Below are positions 1 to 8,452 of a stretch of 64,000 nucleotides of DNA, in pieces (position 1 is the stretch's first letter; the number at the start of each line of letters is the position of its first letter). Origin of the DNA: Bacteroidia bacterium (lineage in GTDB: Bacteria > Bacteroidota > Bacteroidia > NS11-12g > UBA9320); NCBI GenBank assembly GCA_965216465.1, contig CBDCFW010000001.1, positions 192,001 to 256,000 on the forward strand. Reading direction: 5' to 3'. The translations under genes were made by a program, and so were the position numbers. The notes under the pieces were generated by a model, which made no database searches, was not told the origin of the DNA, and saw nothing but the letters and a program-made list of their open reading frames with translations.

Positions 1-723
1 CTTTATAAAGCTTTTAGAAAAATTCTTTTCTGCAGCATATGACTTCAAAACATGGATTCCAGCAAAAGTTTCTTGTACAAATGAGGTGATTTTTGACAAT
101 TTGGTTTGAATAAGATCACTTTGTTTGTTCATCATATCACTCACCAGATAAATAGTAATTGCCAACAGGGGTAACGGAATTAACACATACAAAGTGATTT
201 TAGCATTGATGTATAACATCAGGGCAACCACCATGATAATCATACAACTTAAATTCAGCGTATACATGATGGCAGGACCAGCAAAAGCTCGAACTTTTGA
301 AACATCGTCGCTTATACGGTTCATCAAATCACCGGTATAGTTCTTGGCATAAAAGCTCTGACCCAAATTTTGGTAATGCTTAAATATGTCATTCTTTAAG
401 TCGTACTCGATGTATCTCGACATCACGATGAGGGTCATTCGCATAAAGAACATAAATATGCCCTTCATGAGTGAACTTCCAACAACTAGAATACCTGCAA
501 GCAACGCAATACGCGAGGTAGTTCTGAAGAACGGCGGAATTGAATCCATGTACTTTGGTGTTTTGTTTTCTTGTAGCAACAAAACAATGCCATCAATCGA
601 TTCTCTCACAATCGGAGGAATTACGATGGAGAACACATTTGAAAAGATGATAAATAGCAATCCTAAGGCTATGTATTTTCGATATGTGTAAAAATATTTT
701 TTAAGTGTGAATAGTGCTCTCAC
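1..723 (-). CDS. ABC transporter permease/ATP-binding protein (MsbA/MdlA-like), 5' part; truncated by window edge
   Basis: Manual minus-strand translation from GTG at 723: MRALFTLKKYFYTYRKYIALGLLFIIFSNVF...MRMTLIVMSRYIEYDLKNDIFKHYQ...TGDLMNRISDDVSKVR, an ABC exporter transmembrane domain. Not in the ORF track because it has no stop in the window. Confidence 0.85.
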   Translation of the reverse strand, partial: MRALFTLKKYFYTYRKYIALGLLFIIFSNVFSIVIPPIVRESIDGIVLLLQENKTPKYMDSIPPFFRTTSRIALLAGILVVGSSLMKGIFMFFMRMTLIVMSRYIEYDLKNDIFKHYQNLGQSFYAKNYTGDLMNRISDDVSKVRAFAGPAIMYTLNLSCMIIMVVALMLYINAKITLYVLIPLPLLAITIYLVSDMMNKQSDLIQTKLSKITSFVQETFAGIHVLKSYAAEKNFSKSFIK

Positions 724-752
724 GAAGTGCTATTTTATATTAAATTAAATCC

Positions 753-760
753 TACTTTTG
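753..760 (+). promoter_or_regulatory. Bacteroidota sigma-A -7 box (TACTTTTG)
   Basis: Matches TAnnTTTG, 35 nt upstream of the ATG at 796. Confidence 0.6.
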
Positions 761-795
761 CAGCAAAATTAAGAAACATAATAATCCTTAAAAAT

Positions 796-1896
796 ATGAG
801 TACATCAACAGTTAGCACCCACGATACAGAATTAGATCTATTTGCTGAGATTAAAACAACAAATCATGAGCAAATAGTGTTTTGTAACGACAATGCAACT
901 GGCCTTAAAGCCATTATTGCTATTCACAACACAATCTTAGGTCCTGGTTTGGGTGGAACAAGAATGTGGAATTATGCAACTGAAGCTGAAGCATTGAATG
1001 ATGTTTTAAGATTATCTCGAGGGATGACTTACAAAGCATCTATCTCAGGATTAAATCTTGGTGGTGCAAAAGCTGTAATCATTGGCGACGCTTCAAAACA
1101 TAAATCTGAAGCTTTAATGAGAAAGTTTGGCCGCTTTGTTGAGAATCTAAATGGAAAGTACATCACTGCAGAAGATGTAGGAACCACTACAAAAGATATG
1201 GAATATGTAAACATGGAGACTGACAGCGTTGTTGGACTTCCTGAAAGCATGGGTGGCGGAGGAGATCCTTCTCCAGTAACCGCTTACGGTGTTTACATGG
1301 GTATGAAAGCAAGTGCTAAAAAAGCTTACGGTTCTGATAGCTTGAGCGGAAAATCAGTATCTGTTCAAGGTATTGGTAAAGTTGGTATGCACTTGGTTGA
1401 ACTCGTACAAAAAGAAGGTGCTAAAGTTTACGTTTCTGACATAAACGAGGCAAACCTTAAGCATGCAGTAGAAACTTACGGTGCAGAAGTGGTTAACGGT
1501 GACGACATTTACGGTTTAGGAGTAGATATTTTCGCTCCATGTGCTTTAGGAGCCATCTTAAATACGGAGAACATCAATGCACTTAATTGCAGCATTATTG
1601 CCGGAGCGGCGAACAACCAATTAGCTAATGAAGATGAGCACGGTAATATGATTAAAGAAAAAGGATTGCTTTACGCTCCAGACTTCTTAATCAACGCAGG
1701 TGGTTTAATCAATGTTTATTCAGAGTACATTGGCTACAACAGAGAAAATGCAATGCGTGACACTGAGAAAATTTTCGATACTACGCTTAACATTTATGGT
1801 TTAGCTGAAGAAAAGAATATGCACACGCAGAAAGCTGCTACAGTTCTTGCTCAGAAGCGAATTGACGACATCTTAGGCGTTCAATCTACTTACTAA
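796..1896 (+). CDS. Glu/Leu/Phe/Val dehydrogenase (leucine dehydrogenase-like)
   Basis: GPGLGGTR, LSRGMTYK, GGAKAV, AEDVGT, QGIGKVG, GAANNQL and APDFLINAGG motifs. ATG at 796 preferred over GTG at 727 because of the -7 box at 753. Confidence 0.93.
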   Translation: MSTSTVSTHDTELDLFAEIKTTNHEQIVFCNDNATGLKAIIAIHNTILGPGLGGTRMWNYATEAEALNDVLRLSRGMTYKASISGLNLGGAKAVIIGDASKHKSEALMRKFGRFVENLNGKYITAEDVGTTTKDMEYVNMETDSVVGLPESMGGGGDPSPVTAYGVYMGMKASAKKAYGSDSLSGKSVSVQGIGKVGMHLVELVQKEGAKVYVSDINEANLKHAVETYGAEVVNGDDIYGLGVDIFAPCALGAILNTENINALNCSIIAGAANNQLANEDEHGNMIKEKGLLYAPDFLINAGGLINVYSEYIGYNRENAMRDTEKIFDTTLNIYGLAEEKNMHTQKAATVLAQKRIDDILGVQSTY

Positions 1897-1911
1897 TATT
1901 TGGTGCCTATT

Positions 1912-3354
1912 ATGAATTCTAGGCAATCATCTATTTTTCTGATATTATTGAGTGTATTGGTTACCAGTATACTCTTGTGGCTGAACATCATATCTCCTGG
2001 TTTAGAAGGGGGAATGGATTCGTATAACCACTACTTAATTTCGAAATTCTCGTGGCAAAATCCCGAATTGTTTCTTGACTATTGGGGAAAGCCTGTATTT
2101 AATGTTCTAGCCTCTCCTTTTGCCCAATTTGGACTTAATGGCATGTTTGTATTGAACTTGTTAAGTCTGTTGGGATCGGCACTTCTTGCCTATAAGATTG
2201 CTCAGCATTTGGAGCTCAAGCATTATGCTTTTTTAGCATTTACCTTGGCTTTGTTGAGTCCAATCTTTTTAGATAACACCATATCAGCACTTACAGAACC
2301 AATGTGTGCCTTTTTGGTGTGTTTAACGTTTTACTTCCTTGTAAAAGATCAAAATATACCAGGAGCTATTGTTGCAGGTTTACTCCCTCATGCGCGATCC
2401 GAAGGGTTTATCATACTATTTGTAGTATTTCTCTATTTTGTTATGAAGAGAGAATCGATTAAGACATTTCTTTACTTAGGATTAGGAAGCTTGATATTCA
2501 ATACTTTAGGATGGATAATTACCGGACAACCTTTTTGGATTTTTACCGAGAATCCATACATCAACTTCGAGATGTCGGGGAACAATATCTGTGGGTCTGG
2601 AGGCCTATTTCATTATGCTTGGGCTGCACCCTACACTTTTGGACTCGGTGTTAGTGCTCTTGCCCTAATTGCCTTGCTGGTAATTGCATTTCGAATTGTA
2701 AAAGAGCGTAAAATTAACCTCAAGCTCAATGTAGTTGCGTTATCGTTCGTTTTGTACATCCTTGCTCATGCTCTTATATGGTATAAAGGTATGATGGGAA
2801 GCTGCGGATATATCCGTGTTATGGTTGTTGTGGCTCCATTGGCAGCTATATTGGGGGCCTATGCATTTCAGCAAATTGCTCAGTTTATTGACCAGAAATA
2901 TAGTAAAATGGCAAGGACCATTACTTCTGGCTTGCTACTCGTTTTAATTGCTCATGTTTTGTACGTTCCCTATCGCTACTACATCTATAAGTATCCACTG
3001 ACCATTTCAGAGGAGCAGGAACAATTCGAAGAATTAAATCGTTGGTATCAGGAGCAAGACTATAAAGATCGCACCAAACTCTACTTATATCCATATTTTT
3101 CAATTATTGCGGATATCAATCCATACAATCAAGATGAACATTTAGAGCTTTGGGCTTCAAGTTTACAATGGACTAAAAAAGGAGATATTTTAATTTGGGA
3201 TGGCCACTTTGGTCCGAATGAATCAGGACTACCTCTTGATACGCTAAAAGCAAATGAAGAATGGCAGCTTATTCACTCGATAATTCCTAAAAAAACAATT
3301 AAAACGCTCAATGATTATAACTTTGAGATTCATGTTTTTGAAAAAATAAAATAG
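1912..3354 (+). CDS. Multi-pass membrane GT-C fold glycosyltransferase-like protein (PMT/ArnT-like)
   Basis: Many TM segments, acidic first loop (GGMDSYNHY), LTEP and RSEG motifs, soluble C-terminal domain. Confidence 0.6.
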   Translation: MNSRQSSIFLILLSVLVTSILLWLNIISPGLEGGMDSYNHYLISKFSWQNPELFLDYWGKPVFNVLASPFAQFGLNGMFVLNLLSLLGSALLAYKIAQHLELKHYAFLAFTLALLSPIFLDNTISALTEPMCAFLVCLTFYFLVKDQNIPGAIVAGLLPHARSEGFIILFVVFLYFVMKRESIKTFLYLGLGSLIFNTLGWIITGQPFWIFTENPYINFEMSGNNICGSGGLFHYAWAAPYTFGLGVSALALIALLVIAFRIVKERKINLKLNVVALSFVLYILAHALIWYKGMMGSCGYIRVMVVVAPLAAILGAYAFQQIAQFIDQKYSKMARTITSGLLLVLIAHVLYVPYRYYIYKYPLTISEEQEQFEELNRWYQEQDYKDRTKLYLYPYFSIIADINPYNQDEHLELWASSLQWTKKGDILIWDGHFGPNESGLPLDTLKANEEWQLIHSIIPKKTIKTLNDYNFEIHVFEKIK

Positions 3355-3381
3355 ATAGTTTTTCCAAGCGATAAAAAAACT

Positions 3382-3389
3382 TAGGTTTG
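3382..3389 (+). promoter_or_regulatory. -7 promoter box (TAGGTTTG) for nusB operon
   Basis: TAnnTTTG match in the intergenic gap, 17 nt before the ATG at 3407. Confidence 0.6.
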
Positions 3390-3406
3390 CCACACCAAAA
3401 CGTTCA

Positions 3407-4345
3407 ATGATAAATAGGAGATTAATAAGAATCAAGGTTTTTCAAGCCTTGTTTGGAGAGTTCGGACAAGAAGACACCAGACCCTCAACTATTACAAATA
3501 ATGTCAGAAAGTCGATTCAGGGTATCGAGCACAATCTTTTAAGCGTACTCAGTTTTGGACCTGAATTTAGCCATTTCATTTCGGCTGAACATGACCCTTC
3601 GGAGTTTAAGTACAATCCGACTTCAGACGATATAAAAACGTTTAATTTAATTACGAACAATAAGTTCATCAACGACTTAGAAAGTACTCCTGAGTTAGAA
3701 GAATACCGTAGCCGCCCATCATTCGATTGGCAGCAAGAAAAGGAAATCATGTTCTTGATTTATAAACATCTGAAAAACACAGATGCTTATAAGATTGCTA
3801 TGGTTTCTCAACTCGACGAGGAGAATTACTTCACATTCGCTAAATACATCTACAAATTTTTGCTGCTTGAATCTGTTGAGTTTGAACAGTTGATGGAAGA
3901 CAAGAATATTTTTTGGTACGATGAAAAAATTCCTATTCTGAAAAGCTTAGAACGTGTTTTTAAGGCGTACGAAGAAGAAGGAGTTATAAAGATGCCTGAA
4001 TTGTCGCGGAATGCCACTGAAGATTTCGAAATGGCTGATGAGCTGGTGAGCAACTATTTTGAGCACAAGACTGAAATTGAAGACTCCATTAATTCTTATA
4101 CCCCAGGTTGGGATAGTGAACGAATTACAAAGGTTGATTTTGTGTTGATGACCATGGCTTTATGCGAGTTCAAGTATATGCCAATGATTCCAGTTAAAGT
4201 AACCTTGAACGAGTACATCGAAATAGCTAAGATGTACAGTACTCCTAAGAGTTCTAAATTCTTAAACGGTACGCTAGACAAGATCTTACAAGACTGGACC
4301 GATCAGCAATTGATAAATAAAAAAGGAAGAGGATTGATTGGATAA
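3407..4345 (+). CDS. nusB: Transcription antitermination factor NusB (Bacteroidota long form)
   Basis: MINRRLIRIKVFQAL N-terminus; C-terminal IPVKVTLNEYIEIAKMYSTPKSSKFLNGTLD NusB domain. Confidence 0.93.
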   Translation: MINRRLIRIKVFQALFGEFGQEDTRPSTITNNVRKSIQGIEHNLLSVLSFGPEFSHFISAEHDPSEFKYNPTSDDIKTFNLITNNKFINDLESTPELEEYRSRPSFDWQQEKEIMFLIYKHLKNTDAYKIAMVSQLDEENYFTFAKYIYKFLLLESVEFEQLMEDKNIFWYDEKIPILKSLERVFKAYEEEGVIKMPELSRNATEDFEMADELVSNYFEHKTEIEDSINSYTPGWDSERITKVDFVLMTMALCEFKYMPMIPVKVTLNEYIEIAKMYSTPKSSKFLNGTLDKILQDWTDQQLINKKGRGLIG

Positions 4346-4356
4346 GAGGGATATTT

Positions 4357-4364
4357 TAATTTTG
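4357..4364 (+). promoter_or_regulatory. -7 promoter box (TAATTTTG)
   Basis: TAnnTTTG match between nusB and the DUF1573 gene. Confidence 0.5.
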
Positions 4365-4386
4365 CCAATAACGTAACGATCAAAGA

Positions 4387-4824
4387 ATGACAAATAAATT
4401 ATTACTGATTGCATTTCTAGCGTTTACACTAGCATCATGCAATTCGCAACCAGAAAGCTCTAATCAGATGTCAGCAGAGCTAATTGAAACTGACTCTGAA
4501 AGTGTAAAAGAAGCTAAAATTGAATTCAAAGAAACCGTTTGGGACTTTGGAAATATAGTAGATGGTGAACGAGTGATTCACACCTTTAAATTTACTAACG
4601 TTGGAGAAGGTGATTTACTAATTTCAAGCTGTACAGCATCTTGCGGATGTACAATTCCTGAATGGCCAAAAGAACCAATTCCTCCAGGTGGAGAAGGGTC
4701 GATTAAGGTTGAATTCAATAGTACGGGTAAAAGCGGAAATGTGACTAAAGACATTACCATTTTATCGAACGCTAATCCTGTAAAATCAGTGCTACAAATC
4801 AAGGTGTTTGTAAGCAAAAAATAG
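4387..4824 (+). CDS. DUF1573 domain lipoprotein
   Basis: Lipobox LASC; DFG...FKFTNVG...ASCGCTIPEWPKEPIPPG signature. Confidence 0.88.
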   Translation: MTNKLLLIAFLAFTLASCNSQPESSNQMSAELIETDSESVKEAKIEFKETVWDFGNIVDGERVIHTFKFTNVGEGDLLISSCTASCGCTIPEWPKEPIPPGGEGSIKVEFNSTGKSGNVTKDITILSNANPVKSVLQIKVFVSKK

Positions 4825-4830
4825 AAAGAC

Positions 4831-5109
4831 ATGACACAACAAATGATATTCTTCGTGCTATTTATAGCCGTGTTTTACATCTTCATCTTTTTACCTCAAA
4901 TTAGAAAGTCGAAGAAGCAAAAACAGTTCAGAGCTGAAATTAGCAAAGGAGATAAGATTGTAACAACGGGTGGCATACACGGTAAAGTTGCTGAAATAAA
5001 GGAACTTACAGTTGTTATAGAAGTTGGAGCAGGTGTTAAATTAACCATCGACCGATCAGCTATTAGCATGGAGGCTACGGCTTTAGCCAATGGCGAGTCG
5101 TCTAAATAA
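4831..5109 (+). CDS. yajC: Preprotein translocase subunit YajC
   Basis: N-terminal TM, PQ-R-K motif, KGDKIVTTGGIHGKV. Confidence 0.93.
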   Translation: MTQQMIFFVLFIAVFYIFIFLPQIRKSKKQKQFRAEISKGDKIVTTGGIHGKVAEIKELTVVIEVGAGVKLTIDRSAISMEATALANGESSK

Positions 5110-5112
5110 AAA

Positions 5113-5736
5113 ATGCAGCATTTAAGAATTGGTATAACCGGAGGAATGGGTGCAGGTAAATCTACCGTGTGCCAAATTTTCGAACGTATTGGGGTGCCAG
5201 TTTATAATGCTGATATTCGAGCGAAATGGTTAATGAACAATGATCTCGAGCTTAAAAAAGCCATCCAAGATCAGTTTGGTTGGGATGCATATACCCGAAA
5301 AGATGAGCTAAACACATCTTACCTTGCCAAAATAGTATTCAATCACCAAGAAAAACTTGAAATTTTAAACGGCTTGGTTCATCCAAAAGTTAAAATGGAC
5401 TACGAACAATGGACCATTGAACATCGTAATGAACCATACTCTTTAAAAGAAGCGGCCCTGCTCTTTGAAAGTAACAGCTATAAAAGCTTGCATAAAGTAA
5501 TTGTGGTTACTTGCCCTATTGAGTCCAGAATAGAACGAATTGTGAAGCGAGATCATGTTAAGCGTGAGGATGTTTTGAAGAGAATTCAAAATCAAACTAC
5601 CGACAAGGAAAGATTGAGCAAGGCAGATTATGTAATTTACAATGACGGAGTTAGGTCGTTAATAGAACAAACGCTTAGCATTCACCACAATATATTGGAA
5701 ATTAGAGAGCAAGAAGCAATTCCTTTAAAAGTATAA
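5113..5736 (+). CDS. coaE: Dephospho-CoA kinase
   Basis: GITGGMGAGKST P-loop, LNGLVHP, EAALLFE. Confidence 0.93.
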   Translation: MQHLRIGITGGMGAGKSTVCQIFERIGVPVYNADIRAKWLMNNDLELKKAIQDQFGWDAYTRKDELNTSYLAKIVFNHQEKLEILNGLVHPKVKMDYEQWTIEHRNEPYSLKEAALLFESNSYKSLHKVIVVTCPIESRIERIVKRDHVKREDVLKRIQNQTTDKERLSKADYVIYNDGVRSLIEQTLSIHHNILEIREQEAIPLKV

Positions 5737-6233
5737 TGACACGACTACCAATATTAAACCACAACGAAATTGCACTCAAGCTCGATCGTATTGCATGGCA
5801 AATTCTTGAAGAGCATTATGACGCAAAAGAAATCGTGTTGGTAGGTATTGAAGATCGTGGCTTTTTAATTTCTGGTTTTTTAGTAGAAAGACTTAGAAAA
5901 TTTAGCGAGGTTAAGATTTCGCACGCATCGATTGCTGTTGACAAAAAACACCCTTTGGTTAATCCAGTAAAATTCGAAGCTGGTGAATCAGTGGCTAAGA
6001 AACCCATAATACTTGTAGACGACGTATTAAACTCTGGAATTACTATGGCAGCTGCAATAAGAGAAATGCTTAACCATAATCCATCAAGTTTAAAAGTAGC
6101 CGTTTTAGCTAACAGAGATCATCATAAATATCCTGTTCAAGCCAACTTTGTTGGAATTTCTATGGCTACTACGTTGCAAGAACACATTACATTTCAAATA
6201 GTAAATGACCAAATGTCTGTTTGGTTAGATTAA
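5736..6233 (+). CDS. PyrR-like phosphoribosyltransferase
   Basis: RIAWQILE, PRPP loop ILVDDVLNSG, DHHKYPVQANFVG. Confidence 0.85.
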   Translation: MTRLPILNHNEIALKLDRIAWQILEEHYDAKEIVLVGIEDRGFLISGFLVERLRKFSEVKISHASIAVDKKHPLVNPVKFEAGESVAKKPIILVDDVLNSGITMAAAIREMLNHNPSSLKVAVLANRDHHKYPVQANFVGISMATTLQEHITFQIVNDQMSVWLD

Positions 6234-6244
6234 AATATCGCATA

Positions 6245-7060
6245 ATGATACACTTACAAAATACGATTAATGCTGCTTGGGAAGACCGCAGCTTGTTGAA
6301 AAACGAAGAGACGGAAGCAGCAATTAGAGAGGTTATTCAACTAATCGATAGTGGCCAACTAAGATGTGCTGAGCCTACTGCTGATGGTTGGCAGGTAAAT
6401 GATTGGGTGAAGAAAGCAGTTATTCTATACTTCCCTATTCAACAAATGGAAACCATCGAAGTCGGACCATTTGAGTTTCACGATAAGATGGCTCTTAAGT
6501 CTAACTATGCACAACAAGGCGTACGAGTAGTTCCTCACGCAGTAGCACGTTACGGAGCATTTTTAGCAAAAGGTGTTGTTATGATGCCAAGCTATGTAAA
6601 CATTGGAGCCTACGTTGACAGCGGAACCATGGTTGACACTTGGGCTACTGTCGGGTCTTGTGCTCAAATTGGTAAAAATGTTCACTTGAGTGGTGGAGTT
6701 GGAATCGGTGGAGTGTTAGAGCCCGTTCAAGCTGCTCCTGTTATTATAGAAGACAATTGCTTTATTGGAAGTCGTTGTATTATAGTTGAAGGAGTTCATG
6801 TTGAAAGTGAAGCCGTTATTGGAGCAGGTGTAACCTTAACACAGAGTACAAAGATTATAGACGTGTCTGGACCTGAACCAATAGAATATCGCGGACGAGT
6901 TCCTGCTCGCTCGGTGGTAATTCCAGGCAGTATACAGAAAGATTTCCCTGCAGGAGCTTATGGCGTTAATTGCGCTCTTATTATCGGAACACGTAAAGAA
7001 TCTACTGATAAGAAGACATCACTAAACGATGTGCTTCGAGATTTTCAAGTTGCCGTATAA
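6245..7060 (+). CDS. dapD: 2,3,4,5-tetrahydropyridine-2,6-dicarboxylate N-succinyltransferase
   Basis: WVKKAVILYF, VNIGAYVDSGTMVDTWATVGSCAQIGKNVHLSGGVGIGGVLEP. Confidence 0.96.
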   Translation: MIHLQNTINAAWEDRSLLKNEETEAAIREVIQLIDSGQLRCAEPTADGWQVNDWVKKAVILYFPIQQMETIEVGPFEFHDKMALKSNYAQQGVRVVPHAVARYGAFLAKGVVMMPSYVNIGAYVDSGTMVDTWATVGSCAQIGKNVHLSGGVGIGGVLEPVQAAPVIIEDNCFIGSRCIIVEGVHVESEAVIGAGVTLTQSTKIIDVSGPEPIEYRGRVPARSVVIPGSIQKDFPAGAYGVNCALIIGTRKESTDKKTSLNDVLRDFQVAV

Positions 7061-7062
7061 AC

Positions 7063-8160
7063 GTGCATACTTCTACTGAAAATACATCCAATTATAATTG
7101 GCCAAATATTGGCTTTGATGCTAAACGGTATTTTAACAATCAAACAGGTTTAGGAAACTATGCCCGTTGGTTAATCAATGGTTTAGCAGAAGATGAGCAA
7201 ATGAAGCTTCATCTTTATCACACAAAAAGAGTAAAAACCAGTGATCGTTTTGTGGTGCACAGCCCGAAGTATGCATTTAAACCTGCAGCGGCGGTTTGGC
7301 GCTCGAAGGGAATAACTAAAGACCTTGTTAATCAAAGTGTTAAGCTATACCATGGTTTATCGAATGAAATTCCTTTAGGTCTAAAAAAAGCCGGAATTAA
7401 ATCCGTGGTTACCATTCACGACTTAATCAATATGCGGTTCCCTGAGAACTACAATAGTATTGACTTAAGAATATATGAACAAAAACTACAGCATGCCATC
7501 GAAAATGCTGATGCCATTGTTACACCTAGTATTCAAACCAAGGTTGACATCCTCTCCTACTTTGATACCGATAGCGATAAAATTAGCGTAATTCCGCTTA
7601 GCATTTCACCACCTTTAAAAGCAAAAAAGAAAGCTAATGTTTCTCCCTATGTGCTTTGCGTAAGTGGATTCAGCAAGCGTAAGAATTTAGAAAACTTAGT
7701 AGAGGCTTATGGTGGACTAGATTCAAATGTCAAATTGATAATTGCTGGCAGAGAAGGTGATAGCTTTAAAAAAGTTGATCGACTAGCTAAAAATTTCACC
7801 AACATCGTTCTTGAATTAAACCCAAGCAACGAACAATTGGCTGAGCTTTATACCAACGCCTTGTGCTGTGTTTATCCTTCTGTGTTTGAGGGATTTGGAA
7901 TTCCTATTCTTGAAGCCATGTCTTATGGAAAAGCTGTTGCAACATCGAATGTAAGCAGCATGCCAGAAGTAGGAGGAAAAGCTGCTATATACTTTGACCC
8001 CAATGATATTGCTGATATTCAAAAATCGATTCAAGATATTTTGAAGCCAGAAACACGAATGCACCTAGAATCAGCAATCGACGAGCAGATCGCAAAATTT
8101 GACTCTGCAACTTTATTAGATCGATATAAGTCTTTGTATCAGAACGTGCTAAATTCATAG
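7063..8160 (+). CDS. Glycosyltransferase family 4 (MtfB-like)
   Basis: FDAKRYFNNQTGLGNY, TIHDL, EGFGIPILEAM. Confidence 0.88.
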   Translation: MHTSTENTSNYNWPNIGFDAKRYFNNQTGLGNYARWLINGLAEDEQMKLHLYHTKRVKTSDRFVVHSPKYAFKPAAAVWRSKGITKDLVNQSVKLYHGLSNEIPLGLKKAGIKSVVTIHDLINMRFPENYNSIDLRIYEQKLQHAIENADAIVTPSIQTKVDILSYFDTDSDKISVIPLSISPPLKAKKKANVSPYVLCVSGFSKRKNLENLVEAYGGLDSNVKLIIAGREGDSFKKVDRLAKNFTNIVLELNPSNEQLAELYTNALCCVYPSVFEGFGIPILEAMSYGKAVATSNVSSMPEVGGKAAIYFDPNDIADIQKSIQDILKPETRMHLESAIDEQIAKFDSATLLDRYKSLYQNVLNS

Positions 8161-8208
8161 TTCGTTTGAAATGACTGCGTTATGACAAAAGTTGAACAAC
8201 AACGTGCT

Positions 8209-8216
8209 TAACTTTG
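8209..8216 (+). promoter_or_regulatory. -7 promoter box (TAACTTTG) in front of candidate sRNA
   Basis: Exact TAnnTTTG match; no ORF between it and the terminator at 8288-8320. Confidence 0.55.
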
Positions 8217-8220
8217 TGTT

Positions 8221-8320
8221 AATATATTGTCGCCCATGTCTATTTGGGAGTTGACAATAGCAATATTTCAGTTTTAGTTTTTGGTTTCAAAAAGGGGGCG
8301 GTTTGACCCTCTTTTTGTTT
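8221..8320 (+). ncRNA. Candidate ~100-nt small RNA
   Basis: Own -7 box; 5' hairpin TATTGTC(8225-8231)/GACAATA(8253-8259) with inner CCCA/TGGG stem; G/U-rich single-stranded linker; intrinsic terminator. Confidence 0.4.
8288..8320 (+). terminator. Intrinsic terminator
   Basis: CAAAAAGGGGG-cggtttga-CCCTCTTTTTG stem (one G-U pair) followed by T run. Confidence 0.75.
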
Positions 8321-8329
8321 TATAGGGCT

Positions 8330-8370
8330 TTATTTATACCAAGTCAAAATAATTAAGTTGTTAATTATTT
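8330..8370. promoter_or_regulatory. Overlapping inverted repeats, putative operator(s) of the cox operon
   Basis: TTATTT-N11-AAATAA (8330-8352) and perfect AAATAATTAA-gttg-TTAATTATTT (8347-8370), upstream of the -7 box at 8406. Confidence 0.4.
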
Positions 8371-8405
8371 GGTGAAACTCTTCTATGTTAATTTAAAAAT
8401 CAAGG

Positions 8406-8413
8406 TATTTTTG
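8406..8413 (+). promoter_or_regulatory. -7 promoter box (TATTTTTG) for coxB-coxA
   Basis: TAnnTTTG match about 40 nt upstream of the ATG at 8453. Confidence 0.6.
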
Positions 8414-8452
8414 CCACGAAAATTTTCAAAATTTATATAATTGAGCAAATCA

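Noticed and set aside
386-691. 101-aa plus-strand ORF
   Set aside because: Antisense shadow of the minus-strand ABC transporter gene.
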